Position numbers and translations under genes: made by a program
IMG/VR virus record: IMGVR_UViG_3300020420_000008
Coordinates: 64,001 to 128,000 of that record
Reading direction: 5' to 3' (one strand)
Length of the DNA stretch: 64,000 nucleotides
DNA from: a virus
Notes under the pieces: model-generated
The model's input: only the letters and a program-made list of their open reading frames with translations
Databases searched by the model: none
Told to the model about the DNA's origin: nothing
Shown: positions 9,901-20,050 of the stretch, piece after piece
Numbering within the stretch: position 1 is the first letter of the stretch
How the letters are laid out: each line of letters starts with the position of its first letter

Positions 9901-12884
9901 TAGAAAATAATAGACGATACACAATGAAAGACTTGAGAGGTATCGATGAGAGATTGAAGAATGCTGAATATTATTCTTCATTAAACGCTCTTGAAGCAAG
10001 TGTAAAGAATAAGCAGTTATTTAATGGCTCTGGCTTTGATAGATTTAAAAATGGTTTCTTTGTAGAAAACTTTGACGGACACAATCTATCAGATTCAACA
10101 AAGAAAGGCTACAGAGCATCTATTGATAGAAATAAAAATATACTACGTCCTTACTTCAAGAGAAGAGATATTCTCATGGAGAAAGATAAGTCATTTACTT
10201 CTACAAATGTTACACAGACAGGCAACTTACTCACATTAGCTTACACAAGTGTTTCTTTTATAAATCAAGATAAAGCAAGTAAAGCTAGAAATCCAGTTCA
10301 AGAATTAACATTTAACTGGCAAGGTAACTTGACATTAGATCCACCTATGGATAATACACCTGACATTACAGCATTGCCTGATATTCAAATGGATTTCTCA
10401 GGTATGTTCGATGCTTTTGAGCAATTGGCTGCCTCTACAGGATTTACTGGTACCGATTGGGGCGGTTGGATTAATACTGACAATGCTCAAATTACAAATA
10501 TAACAACAGAAACTAATAGTTCAACAATATCTACTGTAGGTACTTTGCAACAAGAACAGATACGACAAGGTATTCAAACATCTATTAGTCCTGCTAATCA
10601 GACATTTAACATAGGTAACTATGTACAACAAGTAGCTGTTCGTGAGTTTATGCGTTCAAGACTTGTTAAGTTTACTGCACATGGTATGAAACCTAGCACA
10701 AGAGTTTATCCTTATTTTGATGATGAACAAGTAAGTGGTTTTACAACACCAACAAACTCTGCACACGCAAATACTGCCGCCGAAGGTAGTGCATTGATTA
10801 CTAACTCAGCTGGTTCTGTTCATGGTGTGTTTAGAATACCTGATACAAATACCTTGAAGTTTAGAATTGGTACTAGACGATTTAAATTACAAGACGTTGC
10901 AAACAATCAAATAGCAAGTGATTTGACAACAACATCTTCTTTCGCAGATTATACTAGTATACCTCTTACAATTACTCAAAGAGGTGCTTCTATGAATCTT
11001 GTAGTTCCTCAAGTAAATACAGAGGACGTAACAGAAACAAGAACTCAGACTTCTAGAGTTGTACTCAGCACACGTTCTGTAAATCCAGATCCTATATCAC
11101 AAACATTCTCAGTAAATGAAGAGCAATCTTCTGGTGTTTTTATCACTAAAGTTGATTTATACTTCTTCAGAAAAGCAGGTAATTTACCAATCACTGTTCA
11201 GATACGTGAGGTAGAAAACGGACATCCTACGCCTAATATTCTGCCATACGCATCGAAAACTTTATTTCCATCATCTATAAATGCAAGCACAACCTCTGCT
11301 ACAACAGCGACAACATTTACATTTGACTCACCAGTATTTTTAAAGAACTACAAAGATTATTGTATCACAATAGTTCCTGCTGGTAACTCAGATGAGTATG
11401 CAGTATGGGTGGCAAAACTAGGTGCAAAAGATGTTGATACAGGCGAGTTAATTGATAAACAACCAGGTGCTGGTGTTCTACTTAGTTCTGCAAACGATAA
11501 AACATATACAGCTATTCAATCTGAAGACTTAAAATTTCAGTTGCATAGAGCCGAGTTTTCAAAGACACAAGGTACTGTATTCATAGAAAATCCTGATAAC
11601 GATTTCTTCACATATGATAATAAAGCTGGCACATTTAATCCTGAAGAAAAGATACGTGCTGAATCTGTATTGAAGTTTTCTAATAATCAGACTGTATCAG
11701 TAGGGCATGTTCTTAAAACGAAAGCTACATCAGGTGCTAACTTTGCAAATGGTACTGTAAGACAGATTGTACAAAACAGTGTAGCTGGACAAGTAACTGT
11801 CAAGCTAGATGCTTATGGTGATTTTCCAACAACCGCAAGTTCTAATACTAATAATGTTTATATAAGTGGTAGTACAACACACGGAGGTTGGGCTGGAAAT
11901 ACAGTTTTATTTACAGCAAATACAAATAACGGTTTCTTAGATTTTATAGATGAACTCAATGAAAAGATGACTCTGAAAAACTCAACGTATACAGGAAACG
12001 CAAATGGTTTTATAAGAGGGCAAGTTAGTGGTGCTTCTGCTAGAGTTTTAACCGCAGAAAATATTGTAAACAATGTCATGGTGCCTAAGATACCTGTTAT
12101 GAACTTAGCAAACACATCTTCAACATTTTCTGTAAGAACCGCAACTACAGGTGGTGTTATTAATACTAACTTTAAAAGTTTAGATTTAGAGGTAGAGAAT
12201 CCATTTACAGATAATGCGAAATCAGTTCATAGTAAAGTAAATGAATCAGCTTTGACTGCCGTGAATGGTTCTAAGAAAACTCTTGTCGTTAGAGGATTTT
12301 TAAATACAAGTGATTCTAAAGTATCACCAATCATAGATTTGTCAAGAGCAAATTCATACATTTTAGAAAATGTTATTAACGATAGTTCTACAAATGAAGA
12401 GAAGCAAGAAGTTGGTAGTGCAGTAACACGATACTTCTCAAAACCAGTTGAACTTGCTGACGGACAAGATGCTGAAGATTTAAGAATATATGTAACAGCT
12501 TATAAGCCTTCAGGTACAAACGTAAAAGTTTATGCACAATTATTAGCATCATCAGATGGTGAGCCTCTCGCTGATAAAGATTACACTTTGTTAACGCAAG
12601 CTACATCAGCAAGTGTTATTTCTGATACAGCCGATACAAATGATTTTAAAGAGTTCGAATATACTCTATCTGCAAATACTGATGGACAGAATTTCTTAGG
12701 AAGTAATAATGATAATCAGGCGAAACTAAATACCGCTGATAGTAATATTGTTTCGTATAGAACTTCAAGTGGTGTTGTGCATAAGACATATAAAACATTT
12801 GCTTTTAAGATTGTTTTGACATCAACATCAAATGCAAGCGTACCTTTTGTAAAAGATTTGAGAGCAATAGCATTACAGGTGTAA
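6915..12884 (+). CDS. Large virion structural protein, DUF4815/VrlC-like, 1989 aa
   Basis: TNLNQSPYYDDFDETKNYNRILFRPGFAVQARELTQLQTILQNQIERFG, NFAAPGADRLK, RRYTMKDL, DRFKNGFFVENF, DPISQTF, C-term P.VKDLRAIAL; usual position after gp8 in marine T4-likes. Confidence 0.85.
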   Translation: MALETNLNQSPYYDDFDETKNYNRILFRPGFAVQARELTQLQTILQNQIERFGNEILVDGTIVTGSALKIEDIDFVKLRDKDANNRVILLTDFFSGGVVANATITGTTSGMTAQLIDVADGSEAANPDNMTLFVKYTNSGTNNTTKAFVDNEVLTLRTRTGASFIVAANTGSSSSTGLGTRASVSDGIIFHKGHFVRVGAQSHIVDKYSTSPSKKVGFQTVETLVNSNIDSSLADNASGSTNFAAPGADRLKMLPTLASRVTGAANTATFFTIAELKDGVLIRNNKDTMYSDIGKHVAMKFHETLGNYATEPFTIRVREHLKSSENLGRYNSDEGGDANKLIAEVDKGIGYVNGQKVQLINPTPLEIDKATDFTTRDARVLTQTFGNYVFIKEVAGTWDFQGLREVSLRSAAGTAISSKTFGDTTAPGSEIGTAKVRGFSYHSGIAGTADGQFKLYLFDIRMNSTKNFADVRSIFEAESTHNSIADIVLTGSNAVLQEPSNNLLVLPFSALGTKTLKDSSNNVDTQFVFRTEKTVTFTPSGASLSATVTANSAHAGGVETLNETGSPLSAGNERKVIVVSKAQTLTVPRSGHIASFGTKTITGAGGSKFNEDYQAGDIIRLTDSTNPFTGSAGTEDHIIASINSATSITTKDTISATRSGLGTSDAVSHRQVFPKGYVFDTSANGIIQSSSTQHNINLQQANVVSSFSASVYFNVLRSSAVPTAKTIKKSRYININTQSHSAGANGPWSLGVADVFKIEAVYLGADTSSVTTSDQNVTSHFDLDTGQKDDMYDIGKLVKKSTSSLNITNKAILVKFSFFERNTSQGIGFLSVDSYPVDDSTESATTIKTFEIPKYKSVTTGKTYELRDSVDFRPMKANTCDPTTTATIAGSPTNPGAEKSAPNTFTIDSDGAYNVAPDENFQADIQQYLPRKDRIVITEEGKLEAIKGIPAETPKVPEEKANAMTLGVLNVPVYPSLSSKVARDNDKGDYGVKLTLENNRRYTMKDLRGIDERLKNAEYYSSLNALEASVKNKQLFNGSGFDRFKNGFFVENFDGHNLSDSTKKGYRASIDRNKNILRPYFKRRDILMEKDKSFTSTNVTQTGNLLTLAYTSVSFINQDKASKARNPVQELTFNWQGNLTLDPPMDNTPDITALPDIQMDFSGMFDAFEQLAASTGFTGTDWGGWINTDNAQITNITTETNSSTISTVGTLQQEQIRQGIQTSISPANQTFNIGNYVQQVAVREFMRSRLVKFTAHGMKPSTRVYPYFDDEQVSGFTTPTNSAHANTAAEGSALITNSAGSVHGVFRIPDTNTLKFRIGTRRFKLQDVANNQIASDLTTTSSFADYTSIPLTITQRGASMNLVVPQVNTEDVTETRTQTSRVVLSTRSVNPDPISQTFSVNEEQSSGVFITKVDLYFFRKAGNLPITVQIREVENGHPTPNILPYASKTLFPSSINASTTSATTATTFTFDSPVFLKNYKDYCITIVPAGNSDEYAVWVAKLGAKDVDTGELIDKQPGAGVLLSSANDKTYTAIQSEDLKFQLHRAEFSKTQGTVFIENPDNDFFTYDNKAGTFNPEEKIRAESVLKFSNNQTVSVGHVLKTKATSGANFANGTVRQIVQNSVAGQVTVKLDAYGDFPTTASSNTNNVYISGSTTHGGWAGNTVLFTANTNNGFLDFIDELNEKMTLKNSTYTGNANGFIRGQVSGASARVLTAENIVNNVMVPKIPVMNLANTSSTFSVRTATTGGVINTNFKSLDLEVENPFTDNAKSVHSKVNESALTAVNGSKKTLVVRGFLNTSDSKVSPIIDLSRANSYILENVINDSSTNEEKQEVGSAVTRYFSKPVELADGQDAEDLRIYVTAYKPSGTNVKVYAQLLASSDGEPLADKDYTLLTQATSASVISDTADTNDFKEFEYTLSANTDGQNFLGSNNDNQAKLNTADSNIVSYRTSSGVVHKTYKTFAFKIVLTSTSNASVPFVKDLRAIALQV

Positions 12885-12885
12885 A

Positions 12886-13122
12886 ATGGGACTAAGTTAT
12901 GGAAAAACTGGAAACGGAGAGTTATACAAAGTTAAAAATGAAGAAACTCTCAGAAGAGATAGTAGAAATAGTGCCATACTTGAAACTGATATGAATAGTT
13001 TAGAATTATATAGAAGAAGACGAGAGCAAGTAAAACAAAAAGATAAAGAGATACAAGAGATGAAAGAAGAAATTGCTAATCTAAAGGATCTTGTACATTC
13101 ACTTATTAATAAAGAAGGTTAG
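12886..13122 (+). CDS. Small coiled-coil protein
   Basis: LRRDSRNSAIL followed by a heptad-rich C-terminus; abuts both neighbours. Confidence 0.7.
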   Translation: MGLSYGKTGNGELYKVKNEETLRRDSRNSAILETDMNSLELYRRRREQVKQKDKEIQEMKEEIANLKDLVHSLINKEG

Positions 13123-13124
13123 AT

Positions 13125-16100
13125 ATGACTGTAACCATAGCAAATACAAATCTTGTAGATAGCTTCAATACTTGGAGATTGAATACTAATTTAGCCGCCA
13201 CGACTATTAGTAACAATGTTGTAACAGTGAGTAAGACTGGTGCAGTAAGAGGTGGAACAACAAAAGGTGATGGACATATAAAAGGTATTTTTAGTGCTAA
13301 TGATTTAAGATCAAGTGCCATACGAGGTGGTAACACTACAAATCAAAGTGCTATAACTCTTCACTCTAATACAACAATAGAAGCCAGAACTTTTACAATA
13401 AATGCAAATACAGAATTTACAGGTAATGTAAATTTTACCACAACGACTACTGATAGAATCATATTAGGAGATATATCACGTATTCGTGTTACAGGTGGTA
13501 ATTCAGGAGACTTTTTACGAAAGACAGGTGTAGATCAAATAACAGCCGCCCAAATGGGACTTAGACAATTAAGCGATTTATCTTCTAACTCAGCACATAT
13601 AATTTTATCTTCTTCTAATACTGCTTTCTCAGAAGAACTTAATACACCTGATTTAAGATTTTCAGCAGGTACAGATGGACAAGATGTATTCCGAGTTTAT
13701 GGTGACGGCGACTCTACAGGAGGTAATTCAGATTTACTAATACAGCTTGTAAGTGCAGATGGAGACAGTAATTTAAAAATTCAAACAAATGCTAATAATA
13801 CAGTACATACTTTCGGCGCAGATGGTAACTTTCAATCTACTGGTAGACTTACAACTGTAGGTATAACAACATCAGGAACAATATTACCATCAGGAGCATC
13901 AGTAAACCTAGGTTCAGGTTCAGCTAAATTTTTAGATGGTAATTTTTCTGGCACAGTAACTACTGATAAGTTAAATATCAGTACAACAGCAGGAGATGGT
14001 GTTAGTTCAGATTTATTACCTGCAACTCATAATGCAAGAGATTTAGGTAATACAAACTATCAGTGGAGAAATATTTTCTCATCAGGAACTTCCACACTAA
14101 ACAACGTAACGATAGGCGGTACTCTAGGTACTACAGGAGATTTAACGGCAGTAAATCTGATAGCGACAGGTGATGTAGATTTAGGTAACGCAACAACAGA
14201 TACAATCACAGTAACAGGACAATTTGATTCAGATTTGATACCTTCTACAGATAACGCTAGAGATTTAGGTTCTTCTTCAAAAGAATGGAAAGATTTGTAT
14301 ATAGATGGTGTAGCAAATATAGACGAACTCTCAGTTGCAACAGGAAGTGGACAAGGTGTTTCTACTTCACTTATACCGAAGACAGATGGCACACACAATC
14401 TAGGTTCAACTAATAGAGAATGGCAAAACCTATTCATAGATGGTACAGCACATATAGACACTTTAGATGTTGATGAAAATGCTACATTCGGTGGTACAAT
14501 AACAGCTACAAGTGGTACAACAACATTATCAACTGGTGCTATTAGTGTAGCTAACATAACAACATTGAACACAACAGGCTTAGCAAGTCTAGACGGTGGT
14601 ATAGATGTTGATGGTGTTTTTACAGTAGCAGACTCTTCAGGTAATATGGCAACTACAGGTACAGCAACTGTAGGAGGTTTAACAAGTCTGAATGGTGGTA
14701 TAGCAGTAGACACAAATAAGTTCACTGTTGCAGATACATCAGGTAATGTAGCTACCGCTGGTTCTCTTACAGTTGCAGGTACAACTACGTTAAATGGTGA
14801 TGTCACACTAGGTGATAGTAGCACTGACACAGTAACTATAAATGGTACAATTGCCGGCACTTCAACATTTAATAACTTAGCTACGACAGGTGCTACTGAT
14901 ATAGGTGATAATGTCAATGACACACTAACAGTTACTGCTTCAGTAGACTCAAATTTTATTCCTACAGGTACTGTAAATTTAGGTTCTAACTCAAGTAGAT
15001 GGACAAATGGTTATATAACTAATTTAGTAGGAAGAAATATTACTCTAGGTGCCAGTGGCGATGCTTCTGGAACAAACTCTCTCACAATATTCGGTGACAT
15101 TACAATAGATGGTGATATCAATCAATCTACAGGACAAACAATCGCCGCCACGGCAGGCGATTTTACTAACGCTACAGTTTCTACATTACTCAATGTACAA
15201 GGAAACGCAGATTTAGGTAATGCCGCCTCAGACACGATAACTTTCGCAGGTACTGTAGACTCAGATATTATTCCTAACGGAGCAAGTAGAGATTTAGGTA
15301 GTACAAGTGCTAGATGGGACGTAGGATATTTTAACGACATAAACGTAGCAGATGATTTTGCTCTCACAGATGACTTGACAGTTGGTGGAGACGCCGGCGT
15401 AACGGGAACGGTATCAGCTGGAGCATTAAATGTGTCTGGTGCAACAAACCTTGCTGGTGATGTTGACTTTGATGGTGCGATAACAAGAGATGGCGGTACT
15501 GTTCTATTCGATACAAATGGTGTACTTAATCAAGCATCGATTGCTACAGGTGCTATAGCTTCAGCAAAACTTGCAAGTGTAGTTACAGGTGCTAGTGTAG
15601 GTTCAGCATCAGCCGTACCAGTTATCACATTCAATAGTAAAGGACAAATAACGGCGGCAACAACTGCAACAGTAGCAGGTGTTACGGGTTTTGCAGTTGG
15701 TAACGCCGCCGACGGAAAAAAATTCACGATTACAACCGCAGATGGTTCTACATTTGATGCGACAGTAGGTGCAGGTTCTATAGGAACAAATGAGATGTCC
15801 ACAATCTCAGGACTTACCGCAACAACATATGGTTCTGCAACTCAAGTACCTGTCTTAACAGTAAATGCTAAAGGACGTGTTACAGCCGCCTCTCAAGTAG
15901 CTGTAGCTGGTATATCAAGCGTTGCTTATACAAGTGCAAACAATAATGTAAGAGTTAGCACAGGTGATGGTAAAACACACGACTTGACAGTTGCACCAGC
16001 AACTGATAGCGTAAGAGGTGTTGCATCATTTGATAGTGGAGATTTTGATGTAAGTTCAGGTGCCGTAACACTCAAGAATGCTACAACAGGTGCCGTACTC

Positions 16101-18020
16101 GCAATAGCAGGTACTGCTAATGAAACTGACGTTTCACGTTCAAACGGTACAGTGACAGTAGGACTACCACAAGATGTAACGATTGCAAGAGATTTAGATG
16201 TTACAAGAGATGTGTCTATCACAGGTAATTTATCAGTCGCTGGTACAACAACTACAGTCAACTCAACAACAGTATCTATAGCAGATCCAATATTCGAACT
16301 TGGTGCAGACGGCTCAGATGATAATTTGGATCGTGGTATTATCATGAAATATAATAATGGCACAGATGCAAAGAAAGCTTTTATAGGGTTCGATGATAGT
16401 GATGGTAAGTTCGCAATGATACCGGATGCTACTGATACTGCATCAGTAATATCAGGTACAGTAGGTACACTAAAAGCTAATATAGAAGGAAATATAACTG
16501 GTAATTTAAATGGAGATGTCACTGGTGATGTAACAGGAAATATCTCATCATCTGGTACAAGTGCGTTCTCAGGCACTTTAAATTTAAATGGCGCAACAGT
16601 TCAAAATGCCGCCTTTAATCTCACAGGCGCTTTATCAGGTAATGCGACAACAGCAACAACACTACAAAATGCTAGAACAATAGGTGGTGTAAGTTTTAAT
16701 GGTAGTGCAAATATCAATCTTCCTGGTGTTAATACAGCTGGTAATCAGAATACTTCAGGTAACGCCGCCACTGCTACAAAACTGGCGGCTACAAAAACAA
16801 TTGGTGGAACAGCATTTGATGGTTCTGGTAACATAGATGTAAAAGTAAAAACAGTTTCTGAAGGTGCATCTACTGCCGATCATTTTCTAACATTTGTTTC
16901 TAGTAGCACAACTACAAACGTACAAGATATAAAAGAAGATGCGGATTTAAAATATAAGCCTTCTACAGGAACTTTGACTTCAGCAATAGTATCCGCAGGA
17001 ACAAACTTCCTCGGTGATACATTTAAAAATACAAGCAATCAAAATGTTATAACAAAGACAGGTACAGGTGTTGGTGAAAACCTATTTCATGGTAATTCAA
17101 GTACGTCTTCACAATGGGCGAGTGGAGTAAATATAGACTTGAGATGGAGTACTGATGGTTCTCCAGGAAGTTCTGATCCTAATGCAGGTTCAATTTCAAG
17201 TTTAACTGGAGCTGATGCAAGTATTTTTGGTGAACTAAGATTTCCTTCAGGAGGTGTTTTAGTAGCTGAAGGCGATCTTGGCGGCGCTTCTGTTTCAGCA
17301 GGTAAATTAGCATCGAATGCAGTAACCACTGTAAAAATAGCGAACGGTGCTGTAACAGGTGATAAGATAGCTAGTGGTGCTGTTACAACAAATAAGATAG
17401 GTGCAAATGCTGTTGGTAATGCCGCCATAAACAACAGTGCATCTTTCACTATGGGTGCTTTGACAGTAGATAACATAACACTAGATGGTAATGAAATTGA
17501 TGTTGGTTCTGGTAATTTAACATTAGATGTTAACGGCGATATCAATTTAAATGCAGACGGCGGTGATGTAATTTTTCAAGATAATACTACAACATATGGT
17601 GGTATTAGTAACAGTAGTGGTAATATAAGAATATCATCTGGAAATTCAACAATGCTCACTGGTTCTGGAGCAAATGCGACTTTTGCAGGAAGCTTAGGTG
17701 TTAATGGCACTATAACAGCGACTAACGATATTACAGCGTTTGGTTCTTTATCTGATATTACATTAAAAGAAAACATTCAACCTATCGAAAATGCTTTAGA
17801 TAAAGTTTCAAAAATTCGTGGTGTTACATTCAACTATATTGATACACCAGACAAAAGAGTACCTGGTGTCATTGCACAAGAATTACAAGAAGTATTACCT
17901 GAAGCTGTTTATGAAACAGAAAATGGTAAACTCGCTGTTAGATATGATAACACAATAGCATTATTATTAGAAGCTATAAAAGAACTCAAGAAAGAAGTTG
18001 AAGAATTGAAAGGTAAGTAA
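13125..18020 (+). CDS. Long tail fibre with C-terminal intramolecular chaperone (peptidase S74-like)
   Basis: G/T/S-rich fibre with repeated SDLIP..(R)DLGSS..W motifs; C-term SDITLKENIQPIENALDKV..RGVTF..GVIAQELQEVLPEAV..LLEAIKEL. Confidence 0.88.
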   Translation: MTVTIANTNLVDSFNTWRLNTNLAATTISNNVVTVSKTGAVRGGTTKGDGHIKGIFSANDLRSSAIRGGNTTNQSAITLHSNTTIEARTFTINANTEFTGNVNFTTTTTDRIILGDISRIRVTGGNSGDFLRKTGVDQITAAQMGLRQLSDLSSNSAHIILSSSNTAFSEELNTPDLRFSAGTDGQDVFRVYGDGDSTGGNSDLLIQLVSADGDSNLKIQTNANNTVHTFGADGNFQSTGRLTTVGITTSGTILPSGASVNLGSGSAKFLDGNFSGTVTTDKLNISTTAGDGVSSDLLPATHNARDLGNTNYQWRNIFSSGTSTLNNVTIGGTLGTTGDLTAVNLIATGDVDLGNATTDTITVTGQFDSDLIPSTDNARDLGSSSKEWKDLYIDGVANIDELSVATGSGQGVSTSLIPKTDGTHNLGSTNREWQNLFIDGTAHIDTLDVDENATFGGTITATSGTTTLSTGAISVANITTLNTTGLASLDGGIDVDGVFTVADSSGNMATTGTATVGGLTSLNGGIAVDTNKFTVADTSGNVATAGSLTVAGTTTLNGDVTLGDSSTDTVTINGTIAGTSTFNNLATTGATDIGDNVNDTLTVTASVDSNFIPTGTVNLGSNSSRWTNGYITNLVGRNITLGASGDASGTNSLTIFGDITIDGDINQSTGQTIAATAGDFTNATVSTLLNVQGNADLGNAASDTITFAGTVDSDIIPNGASRDLGSTSARWDVGYFNDINVADDFALTDDLTVGGDAGVTGTVSAGALNVSGATNLAGDVDFDGAITRDGGTVLFDTNGVLNQASIATGAIASAKLASVVTGASVGSASAVPVITFNSKGQITAATTATVAGVTGFAVGNAADGKKFTITTADGSTFDATVGAGSIGTNEMSTISGLTATTYGSATQVPVLTVNAKGRVTAASQVAVAGISSVAYTSANNNVRVSTGDGKTHDLTVAPATDSVRGVASFDSGDFDVSSGAVTLKNATTGAVLAIAGTANETDVSRSNGTVTVGLPQDVTIARDLDVTRDVSITGNLSVAGTTTTVNSTTVSIADPIFELGADGSDDNLDRGIIMKYNNGTDAKKAFIGFDDSDGKFAMIPDATDTASVISGTVGTLKANIEGNITGNLNGDVTGDVTGNISSSGTSAFSGTLNLNGATVQNAAFNLTGALSGNATTATTLQNARTIGGVSFNGSANINLPGVNTAGNQNTSGNAATATKLAATKTIGGTAFDGSGNIDVKVKTVSEGASTADHFLTFVSSSTTTNVQDIKEDADLKYKPSTGTLTSAIVSAGTNFLGDTFKNTSNQNVITKTGTGVGENLFHGNSSTSSQWASGVNIDLRWSTDGSPGSSDPNAGSISSLTGADASIFGELRFPSGGVLVAEGDLGGASVSAGKLASNAVTTVKIANGAVTGDKIASGAVTTNKIGANAVGNAAINNSASFTMGALTVDNITLDGNEIDVGSGNLTLDVNGDINLNADGGDVIFQDNTTTYGGISNSSGNIRISSGNSTMLTGSGANATFAGSLGVNGTITATNDITAFGSLSDITLKENIQPIENALDKVSKIRGVTFNYIDTPDKRVPGVIAQELQEVLPEAVYETENGKLAVRYDNTIALLLEAIKELKKEVEELKGK

Positions 18021-19109
18021 ATGGCACTACAATCTTCAGGCGCAATATCAATCAAAAATGTACAAGACGAGTTTTCGCCTACAGGCGGAACAGGAGGCGC
18101 AGGAATAAAATTTAGTGAATACTATAGAAATGGTAGTATTATTGCCAGTGATGCAGTAGGAGGAAGTATACCTAATTCGGGTGCAATATCACTAAGTCAA
18201 TTTAGAGGTGCTATGGATTACTCAGAAGTAACAATCAGTGGTAATCATAACAATTCAAATCTTAGATCCTTAGCAAATGCCGCCGGTTTTAACGGAACTA
18301 ATCCAGTTCGTATAACAATAAATGCTGGATATTATTTAGCAACTACAACAAGCAATTATGGAATGAGAACAGGTTCTTTTCCTAGTGAATTAAAAGTAGA
18401 TAATTATGCTTACATTATGGGTAAAGGAGGAACAGGCGGACAGGCTCCTAGTGCAGGAGGTTCAGGTGGAGGACATGCTCTTCTTCTTGAAACAAATGTA
18501 ACACGATGGAATAACCTTAGTAACGGAACTTGTTCCGCCGGTGGAGGTGGAGGAGGTTCAGGTAGATATAACGATAGCGGTTCTGTTAGATCCGCCGCCG
18601 GTGGAGGTGGAGGTGCTGGAGGTGGTGATGGCGGACGTGCCGCCGGTGGTGGATTTGTTGGTGGTGGTGCAGGTAGTAATTCTGGAGGAGGCTCAGGTAG
18701 TACTGGTAGTATTGCACACTCGGCGGCAGGAAGTGCTGAAGGTAGTAATATTGCAGGACGTGGTGGTACAGCTGGTGGAGGAGGAGGCGGCTGGGGCCGA
18801 GATCAAAATAAAGGTAATACAACGAGAACGACAGCAGGCTCCGGTGGCGGAGGTGGAAGAGCATTTCCTGGAACTGGTGGCGGTGGTGGTAGTAATCCTG
18901 GCTTTGCAAATCCTGGAGGTGGTGGAGGAAGTTCTACTGGTGGAGGCGGGGGTGGCTCCACTCATACCGGCGGTGGTGGCGGTGGTTGGGGTTCTTCTGG
19001 TGGTGGCGCCGGTGGAGGCGGCGGTGGTGGCGGTGGTAGAGCCGTACATCGAAACGGAAGAAGTATTTCACACAACAACAATAGATTTCATGGATCAATA
19101 GCAGGATAA
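18021..19109 (+). CDS. Polyglycine tail-fibre tip adhesin, T2/S16 gp38-like
   Basis: IMGKGGTGG..GGHAL, AGGGGGG and many glycine runs separated by variable loops; C-term GGRAV..FHGSIAG; starts immediately after the S74-bearing fibre. Confidence 0.75.
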   Translation: MALQSSGAISIKNVQDEFSPTGGTGGAGIKFSEYYRNGSIIASDAVGGSIPNSGAISLSQFRGAMDYSEVTISGNHNNSNLRSLANAAGFNGTNPVRITINAGYYLATTTSNYGMRTGSFPSELKVDNYAYIMGKGGTGGQAPSAGGSGGGHALLLETNVTRWNNLSNGTCSAGGGGGGSGRYNDSGSVRSAAGGGGGAGGGDGGRAAGGGFVGGGAGSNSGGGSGSTGSIAHSAAGSAEGSNIAGRGGTAGGGGGGWGRDQNKGNTTRTTAGSGGGGGRAFPGTGGGGGSNPGFANPGGGGGSSTGGGGGGSTHTGGGGGGWGSSGGGAGGGGGGGGGRAVHRNGRSISHNNNRFHGSIAG

Positions 19110-19114
19110 TTATT

Positions 19115-20011
19115 ATGTATATGAACGCAGATATGATGAAGAAAACACTTAATTTATGTGATGAAGCTCACAAAGGATATGAAATAGGACTTAAAATATT
19201 ACAGGATAAAGGATATCTATCTTTATATAATGAACATGGAGAAAGTCATGCAGGTTTGATGACAATCCCTGAGTGGTTGCTTGTATATAGAACATTTGTT
19301 AATTCATATTGGCCCGAAGATAAAGTAAAAGAATTAGAAGATGCATACTCTCAAGAAGATAATGAAAATGATGTAACACCGAGTTTTAAAAATGATACAG
19401 CATTATTAAAACAATTGTCAGATGTTTATGTTACTACTACTAAAGATAGAAATCCAGATTTAACAGAAGAAGAAATAAAATCTAAAGATAAACAATGGTG
19501 GTTTGACGAGAATCAAGGTCCATATGGTTATTCATTTTGGATGATTGATAAAACAAAACCAGCACCTATTGAAGCCGTAATATATTGGAATAATCATACT
19601 GTAACAAATGATTGGTATATAACAATAGATGGTTATGAAACACAAGGTACAAAAGAAGTATTAAATAACAAGACTGTAGAAGAAATAAAAGCTAGATTAG
19701 ATGAATTAGTTACAGAGAGAGTAGGAGAACCATTAGCTTCTCAAGATGTAGAACCTGTTGACTTTGATGAATATGGTGGAGTAATAATGAATAAAAGTAT
19801 GAAAGACGCTGATGATGAAGATACTTTTATGGTTACAGATCATCTAGGCAATTCAGTTGCGGTAGATGGTATGGAGAAAGCTATAGAAACTGCTACAGCA
19901 TATAGAAAGGCTAAAGCAGAGTTTCAATTATCTTTTTTCATATGGAGAAAAATAACTGAACCAGGTGGTTATTTTGCTTGGAGAGAAGAGAATATAGCAG
20001 ATTACTTATAG
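19115..20011 (+). CDS. Hypothetical acidic protein
   Basis: 298-aa ORF filling the gap between neighbours; no motif recognised. Confidence 0.7.
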   Translation: MYMNADMMKKTLNLCDEAHKGYEIGLKILQDKGYLSLYNEHGESHAGLMTIPEWLLVYRTFVNSYWPEDKVKELEDAYSQEDNENDVTPSFKNDTALLKQLSDVYVTTTKDRNPDLTEEEIKSKDKQWWFDENQGPYGYSFWMIDKTKPAPIEAVIYWNNHTVTNDWYITIDGYETQGTKEVLNNKTVEEIKARLDELVTERVGEPLASQDVEPVDFDEYGGVIMNKSMKDADDEDTFMVTDHLGNSVAVDGMEKAIETATAYRKAKAEFQLSFFIWRKITEPGGYFAWREENIADYL

Positions 20012-20020
20012 TACTCATAT

Positions 20021-20028
20021 TATAAATA
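20021..20028 (+). promoter_or_regulatory. T4-type late promoter TATAAATA
   Basis: Exact consensus in an intergenic gap; gp55 is encoded in the window. Confidence 0.85.
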
Positions 20029-20050
20029 GTACATAAACAAAGGTGTTAAG

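Noticed and set aside
18541-19101. Alternative-frame ORFs (Val/Glu-rich on +, His/Thr-rich on -) inside the adhesin gene
   Set aside because: By-products of GGT/GGA/GGC glycine runs, which lack stops in the other frames.
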